A stretch of 64,000 bases of DNA, from the NCBI GenBank assembly GCA_039028615.1, contig JBCCHT010000015.1, positions 96,001-160,000 on the forward strand, in the 5' to 3' direction. A program made the position numbers and the translations under genes. Position 1 is the stretch's first letter, and each line of letters begins with the position of its first letter. The notes under the pieces were generated by a model. It saw only the letters and a program-made list of their open reading frames with translations, was not told where the DNA came from and did not search any database. This document shows, piece by piece, positions 19,227 to 28,412 of this stretch. The stretch comes from Myxococcota bacterium (GTDB lineage: Bacteria > Myxococcota_A > Polyangia > Nannocystales > Nannocystaceae).

Positions 19227-20201
19227 ATGAGCAACGTCGACGACCCCTTCGTGCACGAGCGCGGCTTCCTGACCCTGGGGGGCAGTGAGACCTACCTGTT
19301 GTTTCTCCAGGGCTTCGCGCTGCAGGACTTCTGTGCCTTCGAGTTGTTCGACGATGCACAGGCCTTCGCCGACTTCGAGCAGGGGTTCCTGCGGCCCACG
19401 GCGGACGCGGCCCTCGAGCACGGGATGGGCTTGGTGCTCGACTGCCTGGTGTGGCGCGCGAGTCCGGACTGGGTCGTGCGCCGCGGTCATGCGCTCGCGG
19501 AGCTGGGTGCGATCAACACCAACGCCGTGGCGCGCATGCGTGACTTCGCCGAGCGATGGCGATCCGATCGGGGCGAAGCCGCCGCCGACCTGCCGATACG
19601 ACTCATCGGCGAGATCGGTCCGCGGGGCGACGGGTATGCCCTCGATCCGGGGGCGCGCCTCGATGTCGAGCAGGCGGCGGCGTATCACCGCCCGCAGATC
19701 GAAGCGCTGGCGTCGGCGGGAGTGCATGCCATCGGGGCGCTGACCATGACCAGCGTGGAAGAGGCGGTGGGTATCGTCCGAACGGCGGCCGAGCTCGGCA
19801 TGCCCGTATTCGCGTCGCCGACCGTGGAGACCGACGGCACGCTGCCCGACGGATCGACGCTCGGCGAGTTCATCGAGCGTGTGGACGAGGCCACCGATGC
19901 GGCGCCGTTGATGTACCAGGTCAACTGCGCGCACCCGACCCACTTGGCGCCGACGCTCCACGCTGCCAGCGGCGTTCGACCGCGGTGGCTGTCGCGGATT
20001 CAGGCATTTCGTGCGAACGCGTCGAGGCTCAGTCACGCGGAACTCGACGAGTCGGAGACGCTCGATGCGGGCGATGCCGTGGACCTGGCCGCCCGGGTGG
20101 CCAAGATGCGCGAGGACTTCGATCTACGGATCGTCGGCGGATGTTGCGGCACGGATGCGACGCACATGGCCGCCATCGCCTCGGCGTGCCACGGGGGCTG
20201 A
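19227..20201 (+). CDS. Homocysteine S-methyltransferase family protein
   Basis: GEIGPRGDGY, QVNCAHP, RANAS, C-terminal Zn-binding GGCCGT. Confidence 0.9.
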   Translation: MSNVDDPFVHERGFLTLGGSETYLLFLQGFALQDFCAFELFDDAQAFADFEQGFLRPTADAALEHGMGLVLDCLVWRASPDWVVRRGHALAELGAINTNAVARMRDFAERWRSDRGEAAADLPIRLIGEIGPRGDGYALDPGARLDVEQAAAYHRPQIEALASAGVHAIGALTMTSVEEAVGIVRTAAELGMPVFASPTVETDGTLPDGSTLGEFIERVDEATDAAPLMYQVNCAHPTHLAPTLHAASGVRPRWLSRIQAFRANASRLSHAELDESETLDAGDAVDLAARVAKMREDFDLRIVGGCCGTDATHMAAIASACHGG

Positions 20202-20219
20202 GCACGCACGGGTCGAGCC

Positions 20220-20657
20220 TCAGCGGAGCGCGTCCCGGACCTGCATGAGGATGCGCCCCAGCATGTTCTTGCCGTGCCCGTCGCCGCCGTCGCCCCAGTA
20301 GTCGTCGTTGGCGGTGTGCTCCACGAGCTTGGCCTCGCCCGTGCTCAGCAGAAGCGCCCGCAGGTCGGCGTGCTGGCGGAACTTGGCCTCCACCGCCGTT
20401 CGCATCACGGAGACCTTCACCGACTCCCAGTCGCGTCGGAGTTTTCGCTTGCGGTCGCGCCCGCGCCGAGCCGCCTCCATCGGGGTCTTGGCCTTGCGGA
20501 CGTCGGCGCGGTCGCGCTCCGACTCGAATTTCTGCGCCTGGAAGTAGTGCTCCGAGGTTGGCCAGGTCTTCTTGCCCACCTTGATGGGAAACTGCGCGAA
20601 GTTGGACAGCTCGCCGTAGTCGTCGGCGACGCTGTAGAAGCGGATGACCTCGGTCAT
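20220..20657 (-). CDS. NADAR family N-glycosidase (YbiA/RibX-like)
   Basis: LSNF, WPTSEHYFQAQKF, KFRQH, LLSTG, LVEHTANDDYWGDGG, GKNMLGRILM. Confidence 0.93.
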   Translation of the reverse strand: MTEVIRFYSVADDYGELSNFAQFPIKVGKKTWPTSEHYFQAQKFESERDRADVRKAKTPMEAARRGRDRKRKLRRDWESVKVSVMRTAVEAKFRQHADLRALLLSTGEAKLVEHTANDDYWGDGGDGHGKNMLGRILMQVRDALR

Positions 20658-22636
20658 GCGGTCGTCCCCGAGGGCAGCAGCAGGTCGCTGCGGCTGATGG
20701 TGTAGGTCAGGCGCGGGTAGACGAAGTCCACCTCCCGGTTCTCGCGACCCCGCAGCCGATGGAATTCGCGGCGCTCGTCCTCGGTGGCCAGGGTCAGCGG
20801 CTCACCCGAGTCGAATGCCATGCCGTCGTCGTGCGGGCGCACGAACGTCGCCGACGTGCGGAAGGTGAGACCCAGCCATTGGTTGTCGGGCGGGTTGTGG
20901 GACCGGTCGAGCACGATCTTGTGCTTGAACCTCCGGTTGGTGTCGAGGGAGAACACCACCACGTGGTTGTGGAGCAGCGGCACCTGGAAGGTCTCGCCAT
21001 CCTCGGGATCTTTGGAGGTGATGACCAAGGCGCGTGGCGGAGTCGCCTGCGCCGGGTCTCGGTAGCAGGAGAACACCGCGATCGACGAGCCCGGAGCGAG
21101 GTCCTGGGCCTGGTCGGAGTGCATGCCCATCTTGGCGTAGGCGTTGCCGTAGAGCTCGAACAGGGCGTTGTTCAGGCGCGAGCGCAGCGACGCGAAGTCC
21201 TCGATCTGGCGGGCGAGACGGGCGTGTGCGGGCGAGAAACACTGCGCCGCGATGCCGTACTTGGTGGTGGTGCGCACGATGGGCACGCTGCGGTGGTCGG
21301 GCTCGACGAGGACTGCACCTTGCCGACCCTTGGTCACGTCCTCGAGGCGAACCGAGGCGAGCAGGGCATCGAAGGGGTTGCCGTCCAGCGGGAGCTCGTA
21401 GCGCCGAAACTCGTCCCTCGCGTGATATCGAGGCTGCACGTAGTCGCCCTTGTTCATGCTGAAGGGAAATCGCTGGCCGTAGTCCACGACGGCGTCGGTG
21501 CGGTTTTCCTCGGCGTAGACCGTGCGCAGAGCCGCCATCCCTTCGGTGGTCGGGGGCGCCAGCTCGATGCGAACCTCGCCGTCGTCGATGAACGTCGTGC
21601 CGGCTTCGTGCACTGCGAAGCGGTTCGAACAGCGGACGACGTAGCCCAGGCGCGTGGGGAGCATCGCGGCATCGAGCTGCGAGGGCCGGACCTCGTGGGT
21701 GTACAGCCGGTTGGTGGACAGCGGCATGAGGAACACCGAGCCGGGATACAAGGTGACGGAAAACTGCGGCGGCAGGGTGCAGCCGGACTGCTGCGCCACC
21801 GTGGCCTTGAGTCGAAACTGGAGCCGGGTCAGCCCGCTGGTGCGCTTGCGCCCGTAGTCGAAGGGGTCGGCCGCCAGGGGCTCGAGGTGGTCGAGGCCGT
21901 CGTAGAACGTGCAAAACGCCATGATCGCGTCTGGGGGCATGTCCTTGGTCTTGTCCGCGTGTCCCTTGATCTTCGCCTTGGTCTGCTTGGTCGTCTCCGT
22001 GGCGGGGGTGTTGCAGTAGATCTGCGCCAGCACGTGATTGAGGGGCGCCGCCTCGGCGAACACCCGGGCGGCCTCCTGGTTGAGGGCGTCGACGATGTGT
22101 CGGTCGTGAGCACGGAAGTTCTCCGTCGGCCCGGAGAAGTTGCTGGAGCAGCGGAGCAGCCGAAAATGGAGCGCATCGCCGCGGGGCTTCACCGGAGTCA
22201 GGTAGATGCCCGTGCGGTGAGCCTTGCCCGGCTTGGTGGACTCGGTCAGCGACTGAAACTCGTGCTCCTGTTGGATGCGTCGAAAGTAGTTGCGGCGGGG
22301 ATCGAAGAAGCGGCGATAGAGCACGCCCATCCCGTGCACGCGTATGGGTACGCGGCCAGGGTCGATCGTCGGCCAAGGGAGGCCAGACTCACCGTCGTGG
22401 TGCGCGGGGTCTTCGATGATCGAAACGCGATCGGCCACGGCGAGGTCTCGTTCGAGCCCGCGAGCCAACGCCGAGTCACCGCACAGGTACACCGTCTTGC
22501 CGGAGACGTCGGGGCACGGCATGCCGGCGTCGAGGGGGACCACGGTGCCGCAGAAGTCCTGAGCCAGCAGAGAGTCGCGAACCTCACCCAGTACGAGCAG
22601 GATGTTCGTCGATTCGTCGATGCGGGCCTCGGTCAT
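20654..22636 (-). CDS. Tandem two-domain AlkB-like 2OG-Fe(II) dioxygenase
   Basis: Two HxD...H...R sets: HADKTKD...YTHEV...RLGYVVR and HSDQAQD...FKHKI...WLGLTFR; GAGGA RBS; ATGA overlap with NADAR. Confidence 0.8.
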   Translation of the reverse strand: MTEARIDESTNILLVLGEVRDSLLAQDFCGTVVPLDAGMPCPDVSGKTVYLCGDSALARGLERDLAVADRVSIIEDPAHHDGESGLPWPTIDPGRVPIRVHGMGVLYRRFFDPRRNYFRRIQQEHEFQSLTESTKPGKAHRTGIYLTPVKPRGDALHFRLLRCSSNFSGPTENFRAHDRHIVDALNQEAARVFAEAAPLNHVLAQIYCNTPATETTKQTKAKIKGHADKTKDMPPDAIMAFCTFYDGLDHLEPLAADPFDYGRKRTSGLTRLQFRLKATVAQQSGCTLPPQFSVTLYPGSVFLMPLSTNRLYTHEVRPSQLDAAMLPTRLGYVVRCSNRFAVHEAGTTFIDDGEVRIELAPPTTEGMAALRTVYAEENRTDAVVDYGQRFPFSMNKGDYVQPRYHARDEFRRYELPLDGNPFDALLASVRLEDVTKGRQGAVLVEPDHRSVPIVRTTTKYGIAAQCFSPAHARLARQIEDFASLRSRLNNALFELYGNAYAKMGMHSDQAQDLAPGSSIAVFSCYRDPAQATPPRALVITSKDPEDGETFQVPLLHNHVVVFSLDTNRRFKHKIVLDRSHNPPDNQWLGLTFRTSATFVRPHDDGMAFDSGEPLTLATEDERREFHRLRGRENREVDFVYPRLTYTISRSDLLLPSGTTA

Positions 22637-22917
22637 GATTGTGGTTCCTCGAACGAGCAGTATACGCGAGGGGAGGAAGTGACTGTTCCTCCCCAAACGA
22701 GGCCTGAGGGGGCCATGGCTGCCTTCATGGGTGGGCGTTGATGCTTTGCGTTGGTTTTACAATTGGGTCGATCGGCGCGGTCTTTGGCGGTTTGGGTGCT
22801 CCGCCTGCGAGGCTGGATGCCGAATTTTCATCCGTGTGCTCGTCGACGACGACTCGAAGCAGTGACACCACGCCCGATCGCGAGCTGCTTCGCGATCGCG
22901 GATGGTACCCATGAACG

Positions 22918-23472
22918 ATGGGTAAGCATGACATCGGCCGCGGGGTGTTCCTTCGGCAGCTAGCGGGGTTCGCATCACTGGCATCGGTCGCACCGACCGT
23001 GATCGGCTGTGGCGACGACGAGGGATCCGACACCACGGACGGTGGGGGGACGGGAACGACGACGACGACCGAGCCCGGCAGCAGCGGCAACGGAGGCGGC
23101 GGCGAGAGCGGCACGACGGCGGGGGCGGGTGGCTCGAGCAGCGGCGGAGCGCCCGGCACGACCACGGGTGAGGACGGGTCCACGGGCTCGGCCGAGGACA
23201 CGACGGCGGGGAGCGACGAAGGGGCCCAGGCCTGTCCGAACGAGGTCGTCGCCAGCATCGTCAGCGACCCGGAGCACTCGCTGGTGATCCCGCCCGCCGA
23301 CATCGAAGCCGGGGTGGAGCAGAGCTACGACATCCAGGGGATCGCCGGTCACCCCCACACCGTGGTCGTGACCGCCGCCCACTTCGAGCAGCTTCGCGCG
23401 GGCAAGTCGGTGACGCTGACCTCGAGCGTCGATGCCAACCACGATCACGACGACGTCGTGCTCATGTGCTGA
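22918..23472 (+). CDS. Exported lipoprotein with His-cluster (putative metal-binding) C-terminal domain
   Basis: Tat-like GRGVFL, lipobox VIGC, G/T/S linker, EHSL...GHPHTV...NHDHD...C. Confidence 0.7.
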   Translation: MGKHDIGRGVFLRQLAGFASLASVAPTVIGCGDDEGSDTTDGGGTGTTTTTEPGSSGNGGGGESGTTAGAGGSSSGGAPGTTTGEDGSTGSAEDTTAGSDEGAQACPNEVVASIVSDPEHSLVIPPADIEAGVEQSYDIQGIAGHPHTVVVTAAHFEQLRAGKSVTLTSSVDANHDHDDVVLMC

Positions 23473-23509
23473 AGCCCCGTAACGGCCATCCAAGGCGCTC
23501 TACGACGCC

Positions 23510-25186
23510 ATGGGAGGGCTCGATCCCGCCTCGGCTTCGTGGGTATCATTGCGTCGTGCAGGTCCATCGCACCGGGAAGCGCCCGTGACGAGCACCGATG
23601 AGGCGCTCCCGACGGGTGACTCCACCACGATGAGCCCGCCCAACGAGGGCCACGTACCGCCCGCGAGGACGATGCTCGTGCTCACCGTGCTCGCGCACCC
23701 GAGCGCCGAGCGGGTGGGAGACTGGACGCGAGCCACCGCGGAGCTGTCGAGGTCCACCCCCGACTTCGAATCTCCGACGGGTGCCGCTCCGCGACCGCTG
23801 GGGGATCGCTACCTGAGCCGCAAGCCGGTCGCCATCGTCCGCGATGCTCACGGTGGCGTCTCGATCAGCCCCGGCGAGGGCAAGGCGTGGGTGGAGGTGA
23901 ACGCCGAGCGCATCACCCAGCGCACCCGCTTCGGCGTCGAGCAGCTGCGACGGGGAGTGGTACTGTGCCTGCGCGGGCGGGTGACGCTGCTGCTGCACTA
24001 TGTGGCGCCGCGTCAGGCGGGCGAGGGTATCGACGACCTCGGGCTCGTCGGTACGAGTGCCGAGATGACGGCCGTACGGGAGCAGATCACGGCGGCATCC
24101 CTCGTCGACTCGCCCGTACTCGTCACCGGAGAGTCGGGCGCGGGCAAGCAACTGGTCGCACGGGCGATCCACCGGGCGGGGCCGCGGTCGGACAAGCACT
24201 ACGCCACCATCAACATGGCGACGCTGTCTGCGACCCATGCCGCCTCGGAGCTGTTCGGCCACACATCGGGAGCCTTCGAGGGAGCCGAACGGGCGCACGA
24301 CGGTGGTTTCGTTCGGGCCGACGGCGGGACGCTGCTGGTGGACGAGGTCTCACAGACCCCGCTGGAGACCCAGGCGCAGCTCCTTCGCGCGCTCGAGACG
24401 GGCGCCGTTCGGCCCCTGGGGGCGCCCGGAGATCGTCGGGTGGATGTCCGGGTGATCGTGTCCACCGATGTCGACCTCGAGCAGAGGGTCGACGATGGCT
24501 CGTTTCGCCGGGCGTTGCTGCATCGGGTGGCGGGGTTTCAGATTCGCGTGCCCGCGCTCCGACAGCGGCGGGACGACATCGGCTCGCTGGTGCTCCACTT
24601 TGCGCGCACGGAGCTGACCAAGCTGGGCCTGACCCGCTACATCGACGAGCCTGATCCCGAGCGCGCGTGGCTGTCGGCTACCGTCGTCGCTCGCCTGGCC
24701 ATGCACGACTGGCCGGGGAACGTGCGAGAGCTGGGCAATGTGGTGCGCCAGCTGGTGGTGAGCGGTCGCGACCAGCCGACGATCCGGGGCGGCGAGGAAC
24801 TCGATGCCCTGCTCGGGGCGTCCACGGCCGCACCGAGCCGCGGGGAGCCCTCGGGCGAGCCCATCGACGTCGGTGGGTATGCCCAGGGGAGCCGGGGAGG
24901 GATTCGCCATCCCACCGAGGTCAGCGAGGACGAACTCGTGGCTGCGATGCGGGCGAACCAGTGGCGCCTGGCCCCGACCGCGCGGGCGCTGAACCTGTCG
25001 CGGACCTCGCTGTATCGGCTCATCGAGCAGTCGAATCGGATCCGCCGGGCGACGACCATCACCGCCGACGAGGCCACCGCGGTGCTGGAGGCCTCGGGGG
25101 GCAACGTGGTCGCGGCGGCCGAGAAGCTCGAGGTCTCCACGCGGGCGCTGACCTTGCGGCTGCGCTCGCTCGACCTACTTCCGTGA
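23510..25186 (+). CDS. Sigma54-interaction (bEBP-like) AAA+ regulator with N-terminal FHA-like region; degenerate GAFTGA
   Basis: GESGAGKQ, ELFGHTSGAFEGA, LLVDEV, WPGNVREL, two C-terminal HTH-like segments; start uncertain. Confidence 0.85.
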   Translation: MGGLDPASASWVSLRRAGPSHREAPVTSTDEALPTGDSTTMSPPNEGHVPPARTMLVLTVLAHPSAERVGDWTRATAELSRSTPDFESPTGAAPRPLGDRYLSRKPVAIVRDAHGGVSISPGEGKAWVEVNAERITQRTRFGVEQLRRGVVLCLRGRVTLLLHYVAPRQAGEGIDDLGLVGTSAEMTAVREQITAASLVDSPVLVTGESGAGKQLVARAIHRAGPRSDKHYATINMATLSATHAASELFGHTSGAFEGAERAHDGGFVRADGGTLLVDEVSQTPLETQAQLLRALETGAVRPLGAPGDRRVDVRVIVSTDVDLEQRVDDGSFRRALLHRVAGFQIRVPALRQRRDDIGSLVLHFARTELTKLGLTRYIDEPDPERAWLSATVVARLAMHDWPGNVRELGNVVRQLVVSGRDQPTIRGGEELDALLGASTAAPSRGEPSGEPIDVGGYAQGSRGGIRHPTEVSEDELVAAMRANQWRLAPTARALNLSRTSLYRLIEQSNRIRRATTITADEATAVLEASGGNVVAAAEKLEVSTRALTLRLRSLDLLP

Positions 25187-28168
25187 TTTCTCCCAGTCGT
25201 CGAGCTGGCGGAGGAACTCCTCCATGTTCTCTTTCTCGAATCCGGTGCGGGCTTCGTCGGCGAGGCTCTGCGCACGCGCCCGGTCACCGCCGCTGCCCCA
25301 CAACGCCTTGGCCAGGATGAAGCATGCGAGGCCGAGCCCGCCCGGCGATGCCTTGCCCCCGCGGCGAAGGGCGACCGCACGCTCGGCGAGCGGCAACGCC
25401 TCGGCGAAGTGCTCTTGCACGATGGCCGCTTCGGCTGCGCCCACCAGGGGGTAGGCGAGGCTGGGGTGGTCGGGGCCCAGCGCGGCCTCTCGAATCTTCA
25501 GCTCGCGTTCGTGCAGGGCTTGGGCCCCGGCGTAGTCTTCGAGGTGGTAGCGCACCATGGCCAGGCTGCCCATGGTGGCGCCCACGGCCACATGCTTTGC
25601 CCCGAGCTTCTTCTTGCGGATCTCGAGCGCACGCTCGAGTGAGGCCTGGGCTTTGGGGAGATCGGGCAGCTCGCTGTACACGATGCCGAGGTTGTGGAGC
25701 GAAGCGGCCAGGTCGGGATGTTCGGGGCCCAGGACTTCTTCTTGGGTGCGGATCGCCCGGTTCAGCAGGTCGCGCGCGCCCTCCATGTCGCCCGTGCGGA
25801 TGTGGACGCCCGCGAGGTTGATCAGGTTGCCCGCGACCTTGGGGTGCCGTGAGCCCAGGGCCTCTTCGAGAATGGGAATGGCCCGCTCGAGCAATGCCCG
25901 GCTCTCCTCGTATTCCCCGAGGTCGGTGAGCACCATCGCCATGTCCCCCATGGTGATTGCGAACTCGGGATCGTTGGCGCCGAGCTCCTTCTCGCGCATC
26001 ACCAGCGCGCGTTCGAAGAGCGCCCGTGCCTCCTGTAGATCGCCCGCCGCCCAACGCACGCTGCCGCGGTTGCGCAGACCATCGATTCGGCGCGGGCCTC
26101 CGAGGTCAGGCATCATCGCCCGCACCGCCTCGGCATGCTGGGACCAACGCTCGGCGTCGGCATGACGGCGCTGACGAATGCCGACGGTGATGACGAGGAT
26201 CTCCGCCGTGTCTGCGGCCAGCTCGAGCGCGCCGACCTTGACCGCCTCGAAGTAGGTCTGCTCCAGCGCGATCTCGGCTTCGGCGTAGTCGCCGTTGGCG
26301 TTGATCAGGCCCCCGACCACCGCCCGGCTCTGCGCGACGAGGGGGGTCCACCCGATGGACTCCGCGCTGGCCAATGCCGGTTTGGCGACCTCGAGCCCGT
26401 CTTGGTAGGCGCCGACGCGGCGCAGCGCGCTCGCATGGGCGAGCTGGCGGCGAACCTCTTCGATCTGGGACGTCTTGCCGGAAGGAGGCGGAGGCAGCCG
26501 GCCGAGTCGATCGGCGTCTCCGCACTTGTGCGGCGAGGGCAATCCCGAGGCGGCACTCACCGCTCGCTGCACTGCGCCCGCGTCGCCCCGGCCGAGGGCA
26601 GTCGCCAGCGCATCGAGGCCCATGCGCTGCTCGTCGAGGCACGAGACGGCAAGAGCGTAGGTCTCCGAGTCCAAGGTCTCGTCGACGTTGGCGCTGCGGC
26701 ACACGCCCGTGCGGACCTGCGCCCAGTTGTCGGCGTAGGTGTCCAGCCACGGCAGCGCCTTGTCGGCGGCTTCTTCGGCGTTGGCCTGCCCGCCCTCCAG
26801 AAAACTGTCTCGCAGCGTCGCGGAGCGCTGGGAGTCCCAGACCTCTTCGATGCTCGCGCCGTCGCTGTCGCAGGCCGCGGCGGTGCGGGTGCGATCGAGC
26901 CACTGGACGCCGAGCACGGCTGCTCCGGCGATGGCGACGAACCCGACGGCGACCAGCGTCTTCATGCGTCGCGCTCGCGACGAGCCGCGGCGCAGCAGGC
27001 CGAGCAGCGACTCCATGTCCGCGTAGCGCTGCGCGGGATCGAGTGCCAGCCCCCGTTCGCAGGCGCGGCGAAGCCACGGCGCGACCCGGGCATTGGACGG
27101 TGGCTCGACGATCGATCCCTCCATGGTCGCGAGCAGGCGGCTGGCGGGCGTATCCCCGCCGAAGGGGCGGGTGCCGTAGAGCCCTTGCCACAGGGTCACG
27201 CAGAAGCTGAAGACGTCGGTGCGGGCATCGATGGAGCCGCCCTTGAGCTGCTCCGGCGCCATATAGCCCGGGGTCCCCAGGATCGCCCCGTCGCGGGTCA
27301 GCGCCGCGAAGGTGTCCACGGAGGGATCGCCGACGTCGATGCGCGTCTCGGTATCCTGGGAGTGCGGCTCACGAGCGAGGCCGAAGTCGACCACGCGCAC
27401 TCGGCCTTCATCGTCGACCATCACGTTGTCGGGCTTGAAATCGCGATGGACGATGCCTTTGTCGTGTGCGGCCGCGAGCCCTTCGCCCGCGTCGATGAGC
27501 ACGTGCAGCACTTCGCTGGTGGTGCGCTCTCGCTGTTCCAGCCACGCGCGCAGCGTCTGCCCCTCGACGAACTCCATCGCCAGGTACACCGCGTCACCGA
27601 ACAGGCCCACGTCGTACACACCCACCACGTTGGGATGGGAGAGCCGGGCGAGGGCCTGGGCTTCACGGAGCAGCCGCGATCGGTGCACGCCGCCGGGCTC
27701 GTCCTTGCCATCGCGCAGGAGCTTGAGGGCCACCCGGCGATTGAGCTCCGGATCGTAGGCGCGGTAGACGACGCCCATGCCCCCCGCGCCGATGCGGTCG
27801 ACGGTGACGTAGCGCCCGACGTGGGCGCCCGGGGGGAGCTGATCGGTGGTGTCCTGCTCGGCGCTTCGCTCCACGACGATCTCGGTGGGGAGCTCGCCCG
27901 TCTCCTCGTCGTCTGGTTCGTCGCCGGTCACCGGTGGGGTCTGGGCCCGATTCTCGCTTCGAATCGCGCCCCGGATGCCGTCACCCGCCGAACTCTCCAG
28001 CGTGTCGCCTTTGGAGGCCCATTGCAGGGGAGCGCCGCCGGCCGGTGACGGGGGCGCCCCGCTCGAGCCGGGGCCACGCAGTCGCTCGACGAGCCCGAGC
28101 AGCCGCTCCACGACGGAGCGATGCCGATGGGGTTGTTCGGGTTGGCGATTCGTCGGGGGCTCGACCAT
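25175..28168 (-). CDS. Membrane Ser/Thr protein kinase with TPR repeats
   Basis: IGAGGMGVVY, VALK, HRDFKPDN, DFG, GTPGYMAPE, TM segment, kinesin-light-chain-type TPRs (LGPEHPDLAASLHNLG). Confidence 0.95.
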   Translation of the reverse strand: MVEPPTNRQPEQPHRHRSVVERLLGLVERLRGPGSSGAPPSPAGGAPLQWASKGDTLESSAGDGIRGAIRSENRAQTPPVTGDEPDDEETGELPTEIVVERSAEQDTTDQLPPGAHVGRYVTVDRIGAGGMGVVYRAYDPELNRRVALKLLRDGKDEPGGVHRSRLLREAQALARLSHPNVVGVYDVGLFGDAVYLAMEFVEGQTLRAWLEQRERTTSEVLHVLIDAGEGLAAAHDKGIVHRDFKPDNVMVDDEGRVRVVDFGLAREPHSQDTETRIDVGDPSVDTFAALTRDGAILGTPGYMAPEQLKGGSIDARTDVFSFCVTLWQGLYGTRPFGGDTPASRLLATMEGSIVEPPSNARVAPWLRRACERGLALDPAQRYADMESLLGLLRRGSSRARRMKTLVAVGFVAIAGAAVLGVQWLDRTRTAAACDSDGASIEEVWDSQRSATLRDSFLEGGQANAEEAADKALPWLDTYADNWAQVRTGVCRSANVDETLDSETYALAVSCLDEQRMGLDALATALGRGDAGAVQRAVSAASGLPSPHKCGDADRLGRLPPPPSGKTSQIEEVRRQLAHASALRRVGAYQDGLEVAKPALASAESIGWTPLVAQSRAVVGGLINANGDYAEAEIALEQTYFEAVKVGALELAADTAEILVITVGIRQRRHADAERWSQHAEAVRAMMPDLGGPRRIDGLRNRGSVRWAAGDLQEARALFERALVMREKELGANDPEFAITMGDMAMVLTDLGEYEESRALLERAIPILEEALGSRHPKVAGNLINLAGVHIRTGDMEGARDLLNRAIRTQEEVLGPEHPDLAASLHNLGIVYSELPDLPKAQASLERALEIRKKKLGAKHVAVGATMGSLAMVRYHLEDYAGAQALHERELKIREAALGPDHPSLAYPLVGAAEAAIVQEHFAEALPLAERAVALRRGGKASPGGLGLACFILAKALWGSGGDRARAQSLADEARTGFEKENMEEFLRQLDDWEKSRK

Positions 28169-28277
28169 GGCGACCTAATCGACTCTACGAGAAGGTAATG
28201 CATTGCGGTCGCGCGTCGACCTACGACGGGGACATTTTCGACGAGCCGTCGCCCTTTTGGATGCTCGGCTCGGTGTC

Positions 28278-28306
28278 CCGAACCGTCCGAACCGTCCGGA
28301 CTGTCC
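28278..28306. repeat. Three tandem 9-bp repeats in a divergent promoter region
   Basis: CCGAACCGT CCGAACCGT CCGGACTGT CC. Confidence 0.7.
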
Positions 28307-28412
28307 ACACGGTCGGATCGGACGATAAGGACGGTTTGCGTCACGTCGCGACGGCCGACAACGGCCGTTGTTGGCCGTGCGAACGAGCTTTCGCTGGCTA
28401 GTCTTCAGCTCG

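Noticed and set aside
19227..22636. Functional link between the homocysteine methyltransferase and the dioxygenase-NADAR pair
   Set aside because: The genes are convergent, not co-transcribed, and the methyltransferase is a common stand-alone gene.
28395..28410. Possible sigma54 -24/-12 element TGGCTAGTCTTCAGCT
   Set aside because: GG-N10-GC spacing is right, but the match is weak and the implied TSS would fall downstream of the likely ATG at 28413.
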